This document shows positions 25,701-39,490 of a stretch of DNA of 64,000 bases, piece after piece. A program made the translations under genes and the position numbers. Where the stretch lies: the NCBI GenBank assembly GCA_964187785.1, contig OZ076417.1, positions 36,828,001 to 36,892,000 on the forward strand, written 5' to 3'. Position 1 is the stretch's first letter, and each line of letters begins with the position of its first letter. The notes below the pieces were generated by a model, which made no database searches, was not told the DNA's origin, and saw nothing but the letters and a program-made list of their open reading frames with translations. This stretch comes from Amphiscolops sp. MND2022 (taxonomy: Eukaryota).

Positions 25701-28700
25701 GCTGAGATAAAATACGAACTTTGATTGTGGGTTGATTTGAACGTACTATAGAGAGTTCGATTGAGGAATCATTTTTGTTAGAGTTTACGAAGTGATATTT
25801 GATAGAAAGAAATGAAGAAAGGTGTTTTGTAGATATTTATTTTTCAACTGGAGAAAGGCGTTCTGTAGATATTTCTTTTTCAAGTCAGAGTGGTAGTCAA
25901 CTGGTGGGTAGTGAACGAAAGTGAAAGAAGTCATTTTGCTCAAAAAGAATTCAGAAGATGTTGAGAAATGTTTCAAACTTCGAAATCTATCATATTAATC
26001 AAGAAGTAAGAATCTTGTTTTGTAGAAAAAAAGATAGGGAGGAATGTATTGATAGAGATTTGTAATATAAAGTATCATGCATAATTTAGCACTAAAACTA
26101 ATTTCTGAAATATTTAGATTAATAGACTATAGCTTAAGAATATAGTGAAATATGATGAATACACGATTATGAGACTACATCTAAAGTATATTAAGGATAT
26201 AGATGATGATTAAAAAAGGTCTATATCTAATGGTTGATTATAAGGTTAGTTTGAAACAGTTTGAAGTTTGAATGTCAAAGAGTTCATGTTGAGAGAACTG
26301 CAAAGAAGTTGAAAGAGCTCAGGAAGGTCAGCGACGAAAATGAAGCTGCGGAGAAAACCAGCAAGAAGTTGAAAGAACTGCGAAGAAAGTCTGCGAGGAT
26401 GAATGACGACTACAAAAAGCCAGGTAGGAAGTTTTGAGTATGGGTGGCAGGGTTGGGTTATGTAGGGTAATTTGACGGATCGTAAAGAACCAGTCCCTGG
26501 GAAGAATCCAAAATCCTTGAGGACCTCGTTAAAAGCGTCGACAACTTCTTGCACAGCGTGTAAGAATTAGAAATTATTCTGATCAAATGACGTATGGGTT
26601 GAAACAAAGACGTTGTTAGATTTTTTTCCACAGATAGCAATGTTGGGTCCCGGAAGGTGGAGTCGATAACACTGTTCAAATGGGATCTTTTTTGACGAAA
26701 GTAAGAAGACATTATACATTATCTTGAACAAAGCACGGAGGGTTGAAGGTGCAATTGTACCGTTGTTCAATTCATTGCCAACTTTTAATGCAAGTGTTTT
26801 AAAGACAGCAGCTTTCAAAGAATGTGCATTGTATGAAGGAACAGTGTTGTTTGTTTGAGAAGAAGCTGATTTCATGACTGTTTCAGAAGTCATTGCTGCC
26901 CTGGAGGAGGAAGAAACGAAACAATTGAAGGAAATGACTGATGGGGCTGGACTGAAATGTCGAGGACTAAAGAAGGTCCTGGAGAAGAGATGACTGAAGG
27001 AGGTTGGTTGGACAACTGAGAGGGAGGATGCGACGAGAAAAGAAGAAGGGAAATGGCATGAATAGAAGTTTACAAAACAACGAAAATGTTTAAAAGTGAA
27101 CCAAATGTGGAGCTAATTTTGTATCAAAATTTTGGTGCTTTCTCATGTTATAATATCAGCGAAAGTTTTGGTTTGATATTGAAGTTAAAATTTGTATCAT
27201 ACTTCAAGATATCTGAGGGTGAAAGATTTGAAAAACTGGCAAAATTAAACGGCCAGTGGTCAACAAGTTTTATATCAGAAAAATTGTATCAAACAAAGTC
27301 AAAATTCAAGGTCCCACTAATTGGAGAAGCGTATGAATAGGAGTTAGAAACGTTTCAAAAAGGTTACAAAAAGGTCAAAGATTTTACCTGTATTAGGTTT
27401 GGAGTGTACCATAAAAAGAAAGTGAGATTTACCTGAGAGGCGTTATATAGGATTAGAAAAAACAATATTCAAATTTTCAAGTGTTGTTCGTATTGCTTTT
27501 GATGATTGAGTAATTCGTTGTGAGTCAATGTCTAAAAATTGTAACATTTTGAAAGGGTGGTCAAAGCATTCAAGATTGTGTGTGAGTGTTGTAAGTGGAG
27601 AATCCGTAGAATTCTTTTTGTACGGGTCGAGTTTGTAAGTGACATCACGAAGAGTTCGTGATGTAAGAACATTGTTGAGTTTGTCAGTAGTAGTTGTTGG
27701 TTGTTTTGGAGTGTATTGTTCAGGAGTAGTGTATTGTGTCACAGATTTAGCTTTTTCTGCATTAACCATGAAGGCCATGACTTTTGCAGAGATGAACAAT
27801 AGTTCGTTATATGGATATGATTGTTCCGATAACGCTGTATAATAAGATTTCTCTTCGTCGGTGAGAGGTGTAGAAACAAGATGTTTAATGACAGTGAGGG
27901 GTTTTGCTATGATAGTAGGAACGTTACATGGCAAGAGGAAGTCGTCAAAGTGTATCAGATATTCTTGAGGAACAATGATAGGTCTTGATGTATCGTTATA
28001 CGGCAAGAGACAAAAGTATTGTTTTACAGGATCATAGTTCCGTAAATAACCCGTTATACGAGAGTGGTCAATGGTGTACAAGTGTGTCATAGTTTATTTG
28101 TGTGGTGATGTATATTTGTAATTTACGAAAATGTAATTTTTTGGTTTTTGATGTTTGAGAAATGTAGTGTATGTATTATGATGAGTTTTTTTGCGAAGAT
28201 GAAAAAAAGGAAGGGTCATCTTCATCAGTTTTGAGGTCGTATATTGACGGTGTGAGAAAGTTGAACTGAAATGAGAAACTTTTAACATTATTGTCAAGCC
28301 AAAAATGATATGGTGTCAATTTTTTCGAGGCAAAAGAAGTGAAGAAGTCTTGGTTTTTGTCAAATATTTTGAAAGTGTAGTCAGTTGGGTGCTTATTTAG
28401 AGAAGTGAGTTGAGATTTGAATGTGAAAGTTTCGGTCGATTGAAAAGGTATGAGATAATCATCTATTTGTGTTGAAAATGAATCTTTTGGAGAGATGACT
28501 GGTGGATAAACAGAAGAAGTGAGAAAGATAGGATCTTTCATTATATCATATTTCTTTTTCGATGATGGAGTTGTTGATATAGATTCTTCAGGATGTTTTT
28601 CATCAGTATCAGAAGGTTTAGAAGTGATGTAACTAGCGTCCATTTGTCCTGGTTGATTATTTGTAGGTTCAATAGGACTTTGAAACATAATCGGTGAAGT

Positions 28701-29048
28701 GTTGCACAAAGGTGTGGTTGATGGGTTTGAGATGTTTGAAATGTTTTGTGAATCCAGTTGTGATGGAAGATCAATATGAGCTTGAGTCATTTTGAAATCT
28801 ACTAACGAGTAGCTTTATCTTGTTTTGAAGGAGCGGTTTGAGGCTGAGATAAAATACGAACTTTGATTGTGGGTTGATTTGAACGTACTATAGAGATTTC
28901 GATCGAGGAACCATTTTTGTTAGAGTTTACGAAGTGATATTTGATAGAAAGAAGTGAAGAAAGGTGTTTTGTAGATATTTATTTTTCAACTGGAGAAAGA
29001 CGTTCTGTAGATATTTATTTTTCAAGTCAGAGTGGTAGTCAACTGGTG
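22732..29048. repeat. Internal tandem duplication, ~3.15 kb x2 (22732-25906 and 25906-29048)
   Basis: ORF pairs are offset by 3143 bp (23424/26567, 23943/27086, 24300/27443) with near-identical translations; junction at CTGGTG|GGTAGTG. Confidence 0.95.
27443..28090 (-). CDS. Accessory ORF of unknown function downstream of env (215 aa; duplicate at 24300-24947)
   Basis: Open in both duplicated copies, ATG start, non-repetitive composition (HLYTIDHSRITGYLRNYDP.KQYFCLLPY). No family recognised. Confidence 0.45.
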   Translation of the reverse strand: MTHLYTIDHSRITGYLRNYDPVKQYFCLLPYNDTSRPIIVPQEYLIHFDDFLLPCNVPTIIAKPLTVIKHLVSTPLTDEEKSYYTALSEQSYPYNELLFISAKVMAFMVNAEKAKSVTQYTTPEQYTPKQPTTTTDKLNNVLTSRTLRDVTYKLDPYKKNSTDSPLTTLTHNLECFDHPFKMLQFLDIDSQRITQSSKAIRTTLENLNIVFSNPI

Positions 29049-29539
29049 TCATGTGAAGAAAATAGCTGAATGACCGATGTTAAAGAGATGGTGGAAACGA
29101 ATAATTCGTTTTTGAATAAATCTTGACAGGAGTTTCCGTTTCAGTGTTGTCAGATTTGGAAGTGACAGTTGTAAAATGGGGTAATGAAGAATGAGTCATA
29201 GATTATGTTACTTTTGAGTTGTCAATAGTGATTGTTTTGTAGGATTTACGTTTTGGAAGTTATTTCAGTTTTGACATTTTGGGTAATTTACGTGTAGGAC
29301 GTTTAGTATAAAGCGGAGGTGGTGGAGATATAATCCCGTTTAAGTTTTTTGAATTGTTATTTCAAATTGGGAAGAGTTGAAGATTATCAGAAGGATAATT
29401 TGAATTGATGCGTGTTCGGTCCAATGGGTTTTCAGTAATGGTTGACTGAGAAAATTTTGAAGAAGTTTTGTTCGGACCTAATGCCCTTTTTTGGAAGGAG
29501 CATCTTTTAGGTCATTGATCATTTCAGATGTAAGAATGT

Positions 29540-31627
29540 TAAAAAAACCAAGTGCAAAATAAACTGAAAATGGTTATAATTTGTTCCAGATTATATTTGA
29601 TAGAAATTGTTCTGCAAACTTTGATAAGGAGTGTTAGAAGTGTTTGTATAAAAAGGTATGTAGAGAAATATATTCCACATTTTGTAAGAATGTAGCATGG
29701 ATAACCAAATAGAGTTATGAATGCATCAGCAAACCATGATGGTGTAAAAAGAGGAGTAAGATTTAAGAGTTTGTCATGTAGTCCAATACGACGTGTTTTT
29801 ATTTGGATTTGTTTGAGAAATGTGTGCATCAGAGTAGTCTGGAGTATTGGAAGAAATGAATGAATAACTAAGAGCTTTTCCAAGTAATTGAAGTGTTGTA
29901 TCAGAATGTTTTGAAAAAAGAATTCTGTTCCAAAATTGATTTAGTTCTGCATTCGAGTATATCCCAGCGTCTTGAGCTGTAAATGCTTTTGGGCGTATTG
30001 TAGTTTTGATTTGATTATGTGTAAACATAAGAGGAGGTTTGCGTTTTATAGGTTCTGGGCGGAGCTATAGAAATCTTGGTCATCAATATCAGGGTCAAGT
30101 TCTATAATGTTTCGTGGATTTTTATCACAAGGTATAGGAGTAACATAGTCATATGTTTGTCTTGTAATGGGATCTACGTACATGAAAGTATCTTTGTAAT
30201 GTATAGGAATTATTCCAAAGCAACAATCAGCCTTGTATAAAGGGGATAAAAAATGGGGACAGTCATATAGCCAAGCTGTAGAGCCTTCTACATATAAGAA
30301 ATTACTTCGATTACCAGTTAAGAGGAATCCTGCAGGTTGAGGGTTTTGTACAGACATAGCAAGTATTGTAAGGAGTTGATTACGTTCTAATTCTTAGATA
30401 GTATGAACTATATTTATTTCTCGTACAGTCATAGTGCGAAAGACTTGGTTATTAGTATAATCTATTTTAGTATTAATATGAGCATCATAGTCAATGATTG
30501 TAACGTTGTTAAATACATTTAATGCTGGAAAAACATAGTGTTTTGTTTTAGAGTCTAATACTATTTTACCAGAAATATGTTCGTTTATTATAGGTTGAGG
30601 ATTAGGTTGTCCTGTATGCATGTTGAAACCTTCTTGAGAAGTAACAAAAAGATCTGAATATTGTGTTGTATAAAGAGGTTCAGGTTTGCCACAAAATGCT
30701 TGAGTGTGTGGAAAGAGTTCAAAACATGAGAGGCTTCGGTTAAGTGGGTTTTGTGTATGGGGTGCACGAAAGTACGGAAAAGAAGTGCCTTTTATTCTAG
30801 AAGAAGTATCAGCCTTATTTAGTAATGAAGAGTGAACGAAGGACTCTGTTTCCATCCAATATCTATCATCTATTTCAGTCATTCTTCCAACAAAGTCTTG
30901 TAGTGTGAAGATTAAACAAAAATCGTCACTAAACCAGACAAATGTAAAGGAGTTTCAGTAGTGGGTTTACAAAAACCATCGGCAAAGTAACATGGAAGAG
31001 CGTGAGCATCTATTGCCATTAGGTTTTTGTATCATCATATGTAAGTTCTACTTCTGAGACGGAGAGTCTCCAACTAAGTAGATTCACTTCAAACTGATGA
31101 TGTGCTGGACAATTGTGAAAAGGGTTGTTTTTTGGGTCATAAATCCAAGTTTTATCTGCTGGCATGAATGTGAATGTACCAGTATACATTGTATTAAAGT
31201 TATAAACTGTAAAAAGAGTTTAATATTGTTCAAGTTTTTCTTGGAAAAAATGATCTTCTAAGAGTGTAAAAGTACGGTTATAATTAAAGTTGTTTAATAT
31301 TTTATTATTTGTACCATTAAGGTGTCTAATAACGTTTTTACATTCTAATAGATCAAGAGTGATCGGAAAAGGTAATGTATTGTGGTTCCATACGGTTCGA
31401 TCAATACGTCTATATTTAGTTGAGCCTTGAAAACAGATCTTCCTTTCTTTCTTAGCATAAGCTTCACGTTTGAAAATTTTAACGTGTTTAGCTTTAGCTC
31501 GAACAAAAACTCGGGTTGGAACTTTAGCATGTTGAATGTTTGAAGGGGCTTCAGTACATGGTTTTACATTTAATGAATTGAATTGTCCCAATTTTTGTTG
31601 TTTTTCACAATCATAGTGAGAAACCAT
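29540..31627 (-). pseudogene. env: env: chuvirus-glycoprotein/herpes-gB-like (class III) fusion protein, fragmented
   Basis: Lies between IN and the 3' LTR. Motifs VSHYDCE...SLNVKPC, LERNQLLTILAMSVQNPQPAGFLL, EGSTAWLYDC, YVDPITRQ...IPC, AGIYSNAELNQFWNRILF, then a hydrophobic C-terminal segment. Confidence 0.65.
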
Positions 31628-33409
31628 AAGATTTGTAATATTTGGATCATCTGGAGAAAGATAATTATCTGTATCTGTAAGTTCAATAGGTATTGTATCA
31701 GAAAAAAATGTTACAAAGAAGGGTGTAAAATATTATTTGTGAACATATGTGTTTTAGAATGATGTAGTGTATTTGAGGCCTGAATAAGGGTTGTAAAACA
31801 TGATTTTGCCATAAGTTAAATCTGGGAGTGTAGGATCTCTATTGAAATCTACGTATGTGACAATGAAAGGAGCAGGTGTAGTTTGATGTTCTAGTTTTGC
31901 TACTTGAAACACTGGGTGAGGATTTAATCCTTGAAATCTAATATTTACTTCAAACTTCAATTCTAGGTTTGGATCTTGGAGTCTTTTAAGTTCAAGTTCT
32001 TTACGTTTTCCAGAAAGTGTATCGTTAATATGTATAAAACGTTCTGCAAGAAGTGTAAAACGAGGATCAAATCTAGGTTCCTACATAGTGATTGCGTCAA
32101 CACGTAATGGATAGTTAGCAAAAGTAGGAGTAGCTGGTCTAGAGTTATCAGCAGTGAATTATTCTGGAAGGCGTACTGTAGGTTGTACAGGAGTAGGTAC
32201 TAAAACTTCGGAGAACAGGTTACCAGATAAACATTCAGTTTGTTCGTCAGATGATATTAAAGATGCAGTGTCAATACCAGATGTAAAATAGGAATGTGGA
32301 GCAAGTTCAGAAGAGTGTGTTTCAGAAGATTGTGGTTTAGCGTGTTGTCTTAAAAGTCGAGAAGCTGAACTACTAGATAGTGCAGAAAAATTGAGAGTTT
32401 ATGTATCAGTACTGAGTCTTCGATTAGGTAGAGGATGAAGATTATATCGATGTTGAGGTATATATATTGTACTATTTGAGTCTTGTGAGGGTTTAAATCC
32501 TTGTGTTGAATCGTCGTCTAATAAATTTGGTAGTAATGTAGAAAGTTTTTTTAAGTGATTTGAGAGTAGGATGTCTTTATGATTTTGTACTTGATTCAAG
32601 ATCTGTAATATCAGTTGTTTTTGGTATTTGTACTATATCTAGTTAAGGTGGAAGTAGTCTAGCTGTTTTGATAGCTTTTCCAAATTTTTGTGGTTTATAA
32701 TCTTTGTCATTTTTAACAGAATCTAGATTTGGTATATGAACCAGAGGAGTCTGGAGGGGTGATGAATGGGAGTGAGATGGTGGAGTTAAAGGTATTTCAC
32801 GTATAGGAGGTCGGTTTGTACCAAAAGATGTACTAGAACTTTTGGTTGAAGATGTATCAAAACTGTTAGAAATTGGTCTTGTAAGTTGTGTAGTTACATT
32901 ACGCGGATGAGTTGTTAGAACTGTTTGAGAAGTGGAAATAGTTATACTTGGTGCAGACGGAGATGTATCGGAAGACGAATCCAGGTTGTCACAATTTTTA
33001 TATCTACTGTTTTTCCGCTTTTTGATTTCTATTGAGGGTTTTATTCTTCAGAGCTGCGCCTGATGAGGTGTTACTCTTTTAGAGTTTCTAAAAGTTATGA
33101 GTGATTAGTGGTTCAAAATTTTGGAGGGTGAATGGAAAAGTTTTAATCCTTTCGTGGTTGTTGTCCTAATTTATAATGAGATTTAAGATGTCTATTTTGA
33201 GATGTATCATTGGATGAAGGAGGAGAAGAGCTGTCAGTAGGGTGACGAATACGTGTATGAGATGGATTAGTGTCAGGAGTTTCGTTAATTGTATTATATG
33301 ATGAAGTGTCATATAAAGGATTATCAGGATTATAGGGATGAGTGGCATTATAGGATTCATCATCGGATGATGAAGTGTCAGAAAGAAATGAAGATGAATC
33401 AATATTTGC

Positions 33410-36400
33410 TCATTTAATAGGTTTAGGAATGTCTGTAGTAATGGAGTCTGAAAATCTCATAAAATTGTGAAGATGTGAGTATACGAGAGATTCTTTTCGA
33501 TAAAAATGTATCGAATGGTTTCGATGAATGTGAAATGTACCATCTTGTGATAAAAGTTCATACGTTACGTCTGAAAGTCGATCCAATATTTTGTAAGGAC
33601 CAATACGGAGAGGTTTAAGTTTGTCTGAAAAGTGAACATGAGTGAAATTACGTTTCAAAACGAAGGTACCAAGTGGAAGAGGTTTACCTTCATGATAAAT
33701 TTTTGTTATGTATGCTTGCGAATTGAGTTTTTTCAGAGTATAGTTACGTACGATTGAATAAATTCGTAACATTGCAGTTTCAACTGCAAGGAACCATTGT
33801 GGAATAGGTTTCGAGAGTGTTTTGTAAAAAAAATGGGTTTAGGTCAGTTTTGTCAAAGTGAGAATGTTCTGTTAGTTGGGAGCGATATTGTGTTATACAT
33901 GTGTTATTTTTGTTACGATCAATATTCAAGTCGAATGTTAGAGGAATTCGAGATCTTATATGACTTCATGAGGTGAATCATTGAGTGTTAAAAGGGGTTG
34001 TGAGTTGTGTGCAAAAGCGTACATATGAATTTGATGCGCCCAATCCTTGGGAGTGTTTTGTAAAAACATACGAATATGTGTACCAAGGTTTTTGATCTGA
34101 ACTTCAACGAGTCTTTTAGTCCAAGGGGAGTGAGATGTCATAGGAGAGTGTCTGATACCCATAAGTGTACAAAGATGTGCCATATCATTGTTGATATTTT
34201 CTGATCCACGATCAGTAACAAGGTATTTAGGTGGACCAAATTTGACAATCTAGTGATGTAAAAGGGTTTTAACTGCTTTTTTTTGCATTGTTAGATTTAA
34301 TAGGTACTGTAACGACAAAGTGACTAAAAGCATCAACAATGACGTGTATATTGGATTTGTTCTTTGAAGAAGGAGTAATAGAACCTTTGGTAACCTTTGA
34401 TATACGATAGTTGAAAGAAGGAGCATGTTCTGAAAAAGATTGTAAAGGAGCAGTATTAATTTTCATATTAAAGTGTTTATTGCGTTGACAATCAAGACGT
34501 TGACAATGTATGAAAATGGATAACCATTTTTCAAGGAGTGGAAAATAATAGTATTGTGAAAATGTATTGTAAGTAATTTTAGTGCCAGAATGACAATGAG
34601 CGTGAAGTTTTTTGAAAGCTGTTTTAAAACGTCTAAAAGGAAGGCAAATCCTGACATTACCAGAAACTAAGTGTGAAGTTGTATTTGATAGTATCAGAAA
34701 AGGATTTGTTTTTTAAATATAAACTTATGAGGTTAGTGCCATCGTCAATAAAAAGTTGAGAAAAGATTTTGTAGTATGCGCGTAGAAAAGGAGAACCATG
34801 TATTAAAGGTGTAGGATATTCAGGTTCAGTATTGTGACGTACCCAGTGATTTACTGTTTTTAAAACAGGATCTTGGGTTTGTTGAAGTTGTAATGTGTGT
34901 AGGTCAAGTGAAAAGTCATCTGGTAGAAAGAAACCTTGAAAATAGTTTTTGTATTGAAAAAAGGAAGGATCATAGAAGGGTAATATTTGAGACGTATGTG
35001 TAGAAAGTTTGATAGGTTCAGTTGTATCAATGACAGAAGTTGATAAAAAAGATGTTTATGTTTTTGTGATGGTAGAAGAACTGTTTGAACGTGTGAGAGT
35101 GGGTGTTTGATATGTATCATTGGTTTGATTATTAGATGAGAATGTAACAGACTTCGGAATAATGACATCAGTATCGTTAAGGAGTAAAGATTGTTGATGT
35201 AGGGATTTGTTGTTTTTTTTTGCAAGTGCTTTAAATTTGTTTTAGGACGGAAATATAGATTTGAAAGAAAATGAGTCTAAAGGTTTGACAATAATGTCAT
35301 TGCCATTGTCATTTATACGGATAGAGAATTGATCTGTTCCATAATCAGCAAGGATAGGGTGAGAATTATGTTTTTGATGTGATAGGATTTCTTCGTGTTG
35401 TACCAAGTAATGAACAGGCGTTAAAGAGTTGTTTTGTAATATTGCAAGATCTATTTGAGATGGTAGTTGTTTGTGTTTGAGTTGATTCAATTGGGGTTCA
35501 GTTTTTATAAAAGTATGACTAAACATGTCTGCAACACACAAATTTTTACCTGGAGTGTGAATAAGTTTTAATTTGGAAGATTTTGTGAATTGCATTTGAG
35601 CACGATAAAAACGTGGACTGAGGTTTCCTTTTTTGTAAAACAATGTATTAGAGGTTTATGATTGGTGAATATGTGGATTGGATGTGGCGATCCAATTATA
35701 AGGAATTCATAAATTTGAAGAGCATGTTCTATACCAAGGAGTTCACGATCTAATGTAGAGAGTTCCTAATCTTATGGATAAAGTATTGGGGAGTTGTAAG
35801 AAACAACTTTCATTTTTTTTTTGTCATTAATTTGGAAACAGACAGTTCCTAGTCCGATCAATGAAGCATCAACTGTAATGAAGAAAGGACGTTTTGTATT
35901 AGGTATTGTAAGTTCGATATCAGAAGTAAGAGCGTTTTTTAATTTGTGAAATAGGGTTTCATGTTCAGTAGTCCAAGACCACGGAGTATTTGCATGTAGT
36001 AAGTCCTAAATACGTTTAAGATTAATGTGGAGTTTTTCATTGAATTTGGTATAAAAGTTAAGTGCACCTATAAAACTCATACGGGCAACTTTACTAGTAG
36101 GAGAGGGAATTTTATGAATTGCCTTACCTTTGGAGTGTATAGGTTTGATTGTATTATAACCAATTTCATGTCCAAGAATTTAAACTTTGAGTAACATAAA
36201 AAATGATTTTTCAGGAGCTAGTTTTGAATTATGTTTTGTACTTATAAGGTGAAGTTATTCAAAAAGTTGGAACATATGTTCTTTAGAGTTAGAATAGAAT
36301 GTCATCAATATAGACGAGGGCGAAGCCTTGTTCTATAGGATTTTTTAAAAAGGAAGACATTTGTTTTGTAAAGAAAACTGGGAGTCCCTTTAAGTCCATA

Positions 36401-37929
36401 AAAACCTCTAATGAATGCAAAAAGTTTACCAACTGAGGAAGAACTAGTAAATTTTATGGTTTCTTCATCCAAAGGAGAGTGAGCATATGCATACAATAAG
36501 TCTATACCTTTTTTTTATTTTTTATTTACACGCACTTATTGCGAAGCAAGTGATTCTATAGGCCAAGGTTCATCGGATTGTTCTGTATCAGAATTCAAGT
36601 GTCTGGCGTCTAAAACACATTAGATAGAGTCACCTTTGGGTATAATAATGAAGGGGTTTAGATAAGTTGTAAAATAGTTAGGTTTTTCTTCAAGAGAAGA
36701 GCCAATTTGTTTAATAATGTTATGTTTTTCGAAGTCTTTAAGTAAGTCATTGAGTTTTTCTCGGTAATGAATAGGTCCTTTAGAAGGACGTTGTGTAAGA
36801 AGTTGAGCATATGGTTTTAATCGTATTCTAAAAGGAGTAGCAATTTTCCCCAACATCATTTTGATGTGTAGCATAGCACTTTTTGTGTTTAACTAATAGG
36901 TTACACAATGTAACATATTTAGTATCAATAGGATCAGAAAACTGGAAGGTAAATTTCTTTATAAACATACGATTGTCTTTTGCATACGGTAACGTAGGAA
37001 AAGTGCAAGACTTTGGTGTGTCAGAAGTGGGTTGAACGTTGTATATAATGGAATGAGGTGTATCATGTAATGTAGGAGATGTCTTGTAAATTTGATGTAG
37101 AGAAAAATTTTTTGATGAAGAGGGTATATCTTGTGTAGGCGTAATGTAATTAGATAATGGAATTGGTTCAGGTATATCCGAGTGATAAGTTTAGGCTACA
37201 TTGTGTACAAGAGAGTTTATGTCATTAACTTGATAGTATTTGGGTTGATCATTTGTGATTGGTACTTCAATATAACCAATATGTCCTTTTGGGAGTGTTG
37301 CAATATGGTTTGTATAGTTTTGAATAATTGTAGAAGCAATATAAGGTTTGTCGTCAGTGAAAACTTCAGTGAAATTGAAAGTTGCACGAAATTTAGAGGA
37401 GAAATAAGTATGTGGTATTGTTGGAAAGAATTGTTTCTTGGGAGTTGTAGCAAAGTGAAGGTTGTAATAGTTCTTTAAGGGAAAGTGAGCAATTTTTGAA
37501 AAGTTTGGATTTAAACGAATTTGTGTTTTAGAATTGATACTGAAAATGTACGAGAAATATGGATAGTCTTTGGGAAGTATAGAATTTAGCGGTATTTCGT
37601 TGATCTTTGGGTTGTTCTTTGAATTGTATTGTAAAATCTTGAATATTGATGTTCTGTATGTATTCTTCAAAGAATGGTGTTCCAAGAATGTTATATTTAA
37701 TGTCTGCAACAGCAAGTGCGATAATACACTGTCTAGAGGTTTGTTCAATAGACGTATTCAAAGTATCAGTTATATGATGTAATATAGGAACTTCAGTTTG
37801 ATTTGCATCAGTCAATGTTTTTGATGTATGATTTGTTTTTTTGTTAAATGTGATATTGTGGAGTTTTTTTTCAATTGTAAGATAGGTAAGGTAGTTGAGT
37901 ACTGAAATGGAAGCACCACTGTCTAACAA
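33410..37929 (-). pseudogene. pol: Gypsy pol (PR-RT-RH-IN), with many frameshifts and stops
   Basis: PR MLDSGASISVL (37929); RT LVYIDDI (~36310); RH ...ADMFSH; IN VIVDAFSHF, VTDRGS, VEVQIKNL; C-terminal IGPYKILDRLSDVTYEL. Confidence 0.9.
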
Positions 37930-37999
37930 AAATGAGATTTCTAATCTTGAAGGATGATCATTATCATTATGTTTTTCAGGAATGTGTAAATATAGAGAA

Positions 38000-39490
38000 T
38001 AAAACCAACTAGTAGGTGTTAAAGCATTAGCCAGTTCTGTAGGATATTACATATGGATTTCAAAGTTATTAGGTGAATTTGATTGTTCTGTTTGAATGTT
38101 GTTAGTTTTATTTCTTGTTTCAGAACCTGATCTAGATTTAAAAAGCCTAGACTGTCGTGGTTGAGAAGGTGGTCTATACGAGGAAGTGTATTGTGGAAAT
38201 TGTCTATCTCGAGAGTAAGAACGTGATTTTTATCTATGGCATGAATCTTGTCTATATGGTGATGTGTATGAAGATCTGTATGGTGAACGACGGGAACGTG
38301 AATCTCGTCTATAGTTGTTATATCTTGATCTGTTAAATTGTGGAGGAGTAGTAGTTCTGTCACATCTGTATCGGTCTCTAGAGTGAGAGCGATATCGATT
38401 TTGTGATGAAATATTGCGATCTGTATTACTATGACGTGATGTACTTCTACTACGGTATCTATCATAAGATTCGGTAGGTTTGTTATTTGTTCTGTAGGAG
38501 TTATTGTCACGAGAAAAAGAACGGAAGTATTGGACAAATGATTTTTGAGGAGATTTAGATCTAGCATATGCGTCTCTTTTGTCTTCATCATCTCGTTGTT
38601 TCTTGAAACAAGCCGAGATGGAGTGATTTGTTCTATGACAATATGAACAATATGTTTCAATGCAGGTTTGTGTTTGTTGTTTTGGTCTCTGTGTTGTTGA
38701 AACATAAGGTGTTCAGATTGTTGTGTTTCTAATTTTTGTGATTGTAATTGATTTGTTATAGATTTTACTTCAAGAGTAAGATCATGAGTGCGTATTTTAT
38801 CATTTGCTACATCTTCAGCGTCTACCAGTTTTACAAGTGTATGGAATGGTACTGAAGGTTCTAGAACAGTTGAAGTGTGTCTTACTTATCTTTTGTTCGC
38901 GAAGTCTTAAAGGTTTTTAGGAAGACCTTTTGTAAAAATTTCATTACATTTTAAGTTGATAGTAGAAGCATTTTCATTAAACCAGCCTTTTTCAACTAGT
39001 TGTTGAACTCTAAAGGCAAAGTGGCGTACCGTTTCATTATCCTTTTTGACAAGGGTTAGGGCTTCAACTTGTGCATAGTAAGCATTTTTTTGAGAAGAAA
39101 ATTGTTTCCTAAAAACTTGTACAAAAGCAGACCAGTCTTGTTTGTAAGTGTCATTTAAGCGATTGTACCAGCTGAGAGCTGTACCAGTAAGAGAGCATTG
39201 TATAAAAGCCCTTCGTCTAGCGTGCCGAAATTTATATTCATGAGAGGTTGGAAGTTGTAGTCCTGAAGAAAATGTAACACGAGCTTCAATGTGTTGTAAA
39301 TATTCTTCTGGTGTATATTTATGATCAAGACTATCAAACGGTTTGATTGGTTCTGAAATAGAAGTGGAAGAGATGATATATGTAGGATTTGAAACAGTTG
39401 CGGATGGTTGAGCATAAGGATGTGTTATATGAAAGTTTGAATGTTAGGTATTTGTTTGTAGATTATTAGTGTTTGTTGGAATTTGTGATG
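38000..39490 (-). pseudogene. gag: Gypsy gag core
   Basis: Reverse translation gives ...IQCSLTGTALSWYNRLNDTYKQDWSAFVQVFRKQF...LVKKDNETVRHFAFRVQQLV..., a retrotransposon capsid-like pattern, followed by an Arg/Ser-rich region. Confidence 0.75.

Noticed and set aside
23943-27842. Plus-strand ORFs (23943, 24496, 27086, 27639) as genes because they occur twice
   Set aside because: Their recurrence is explained by the tandem duplication; they are short and antisense to element sequence.
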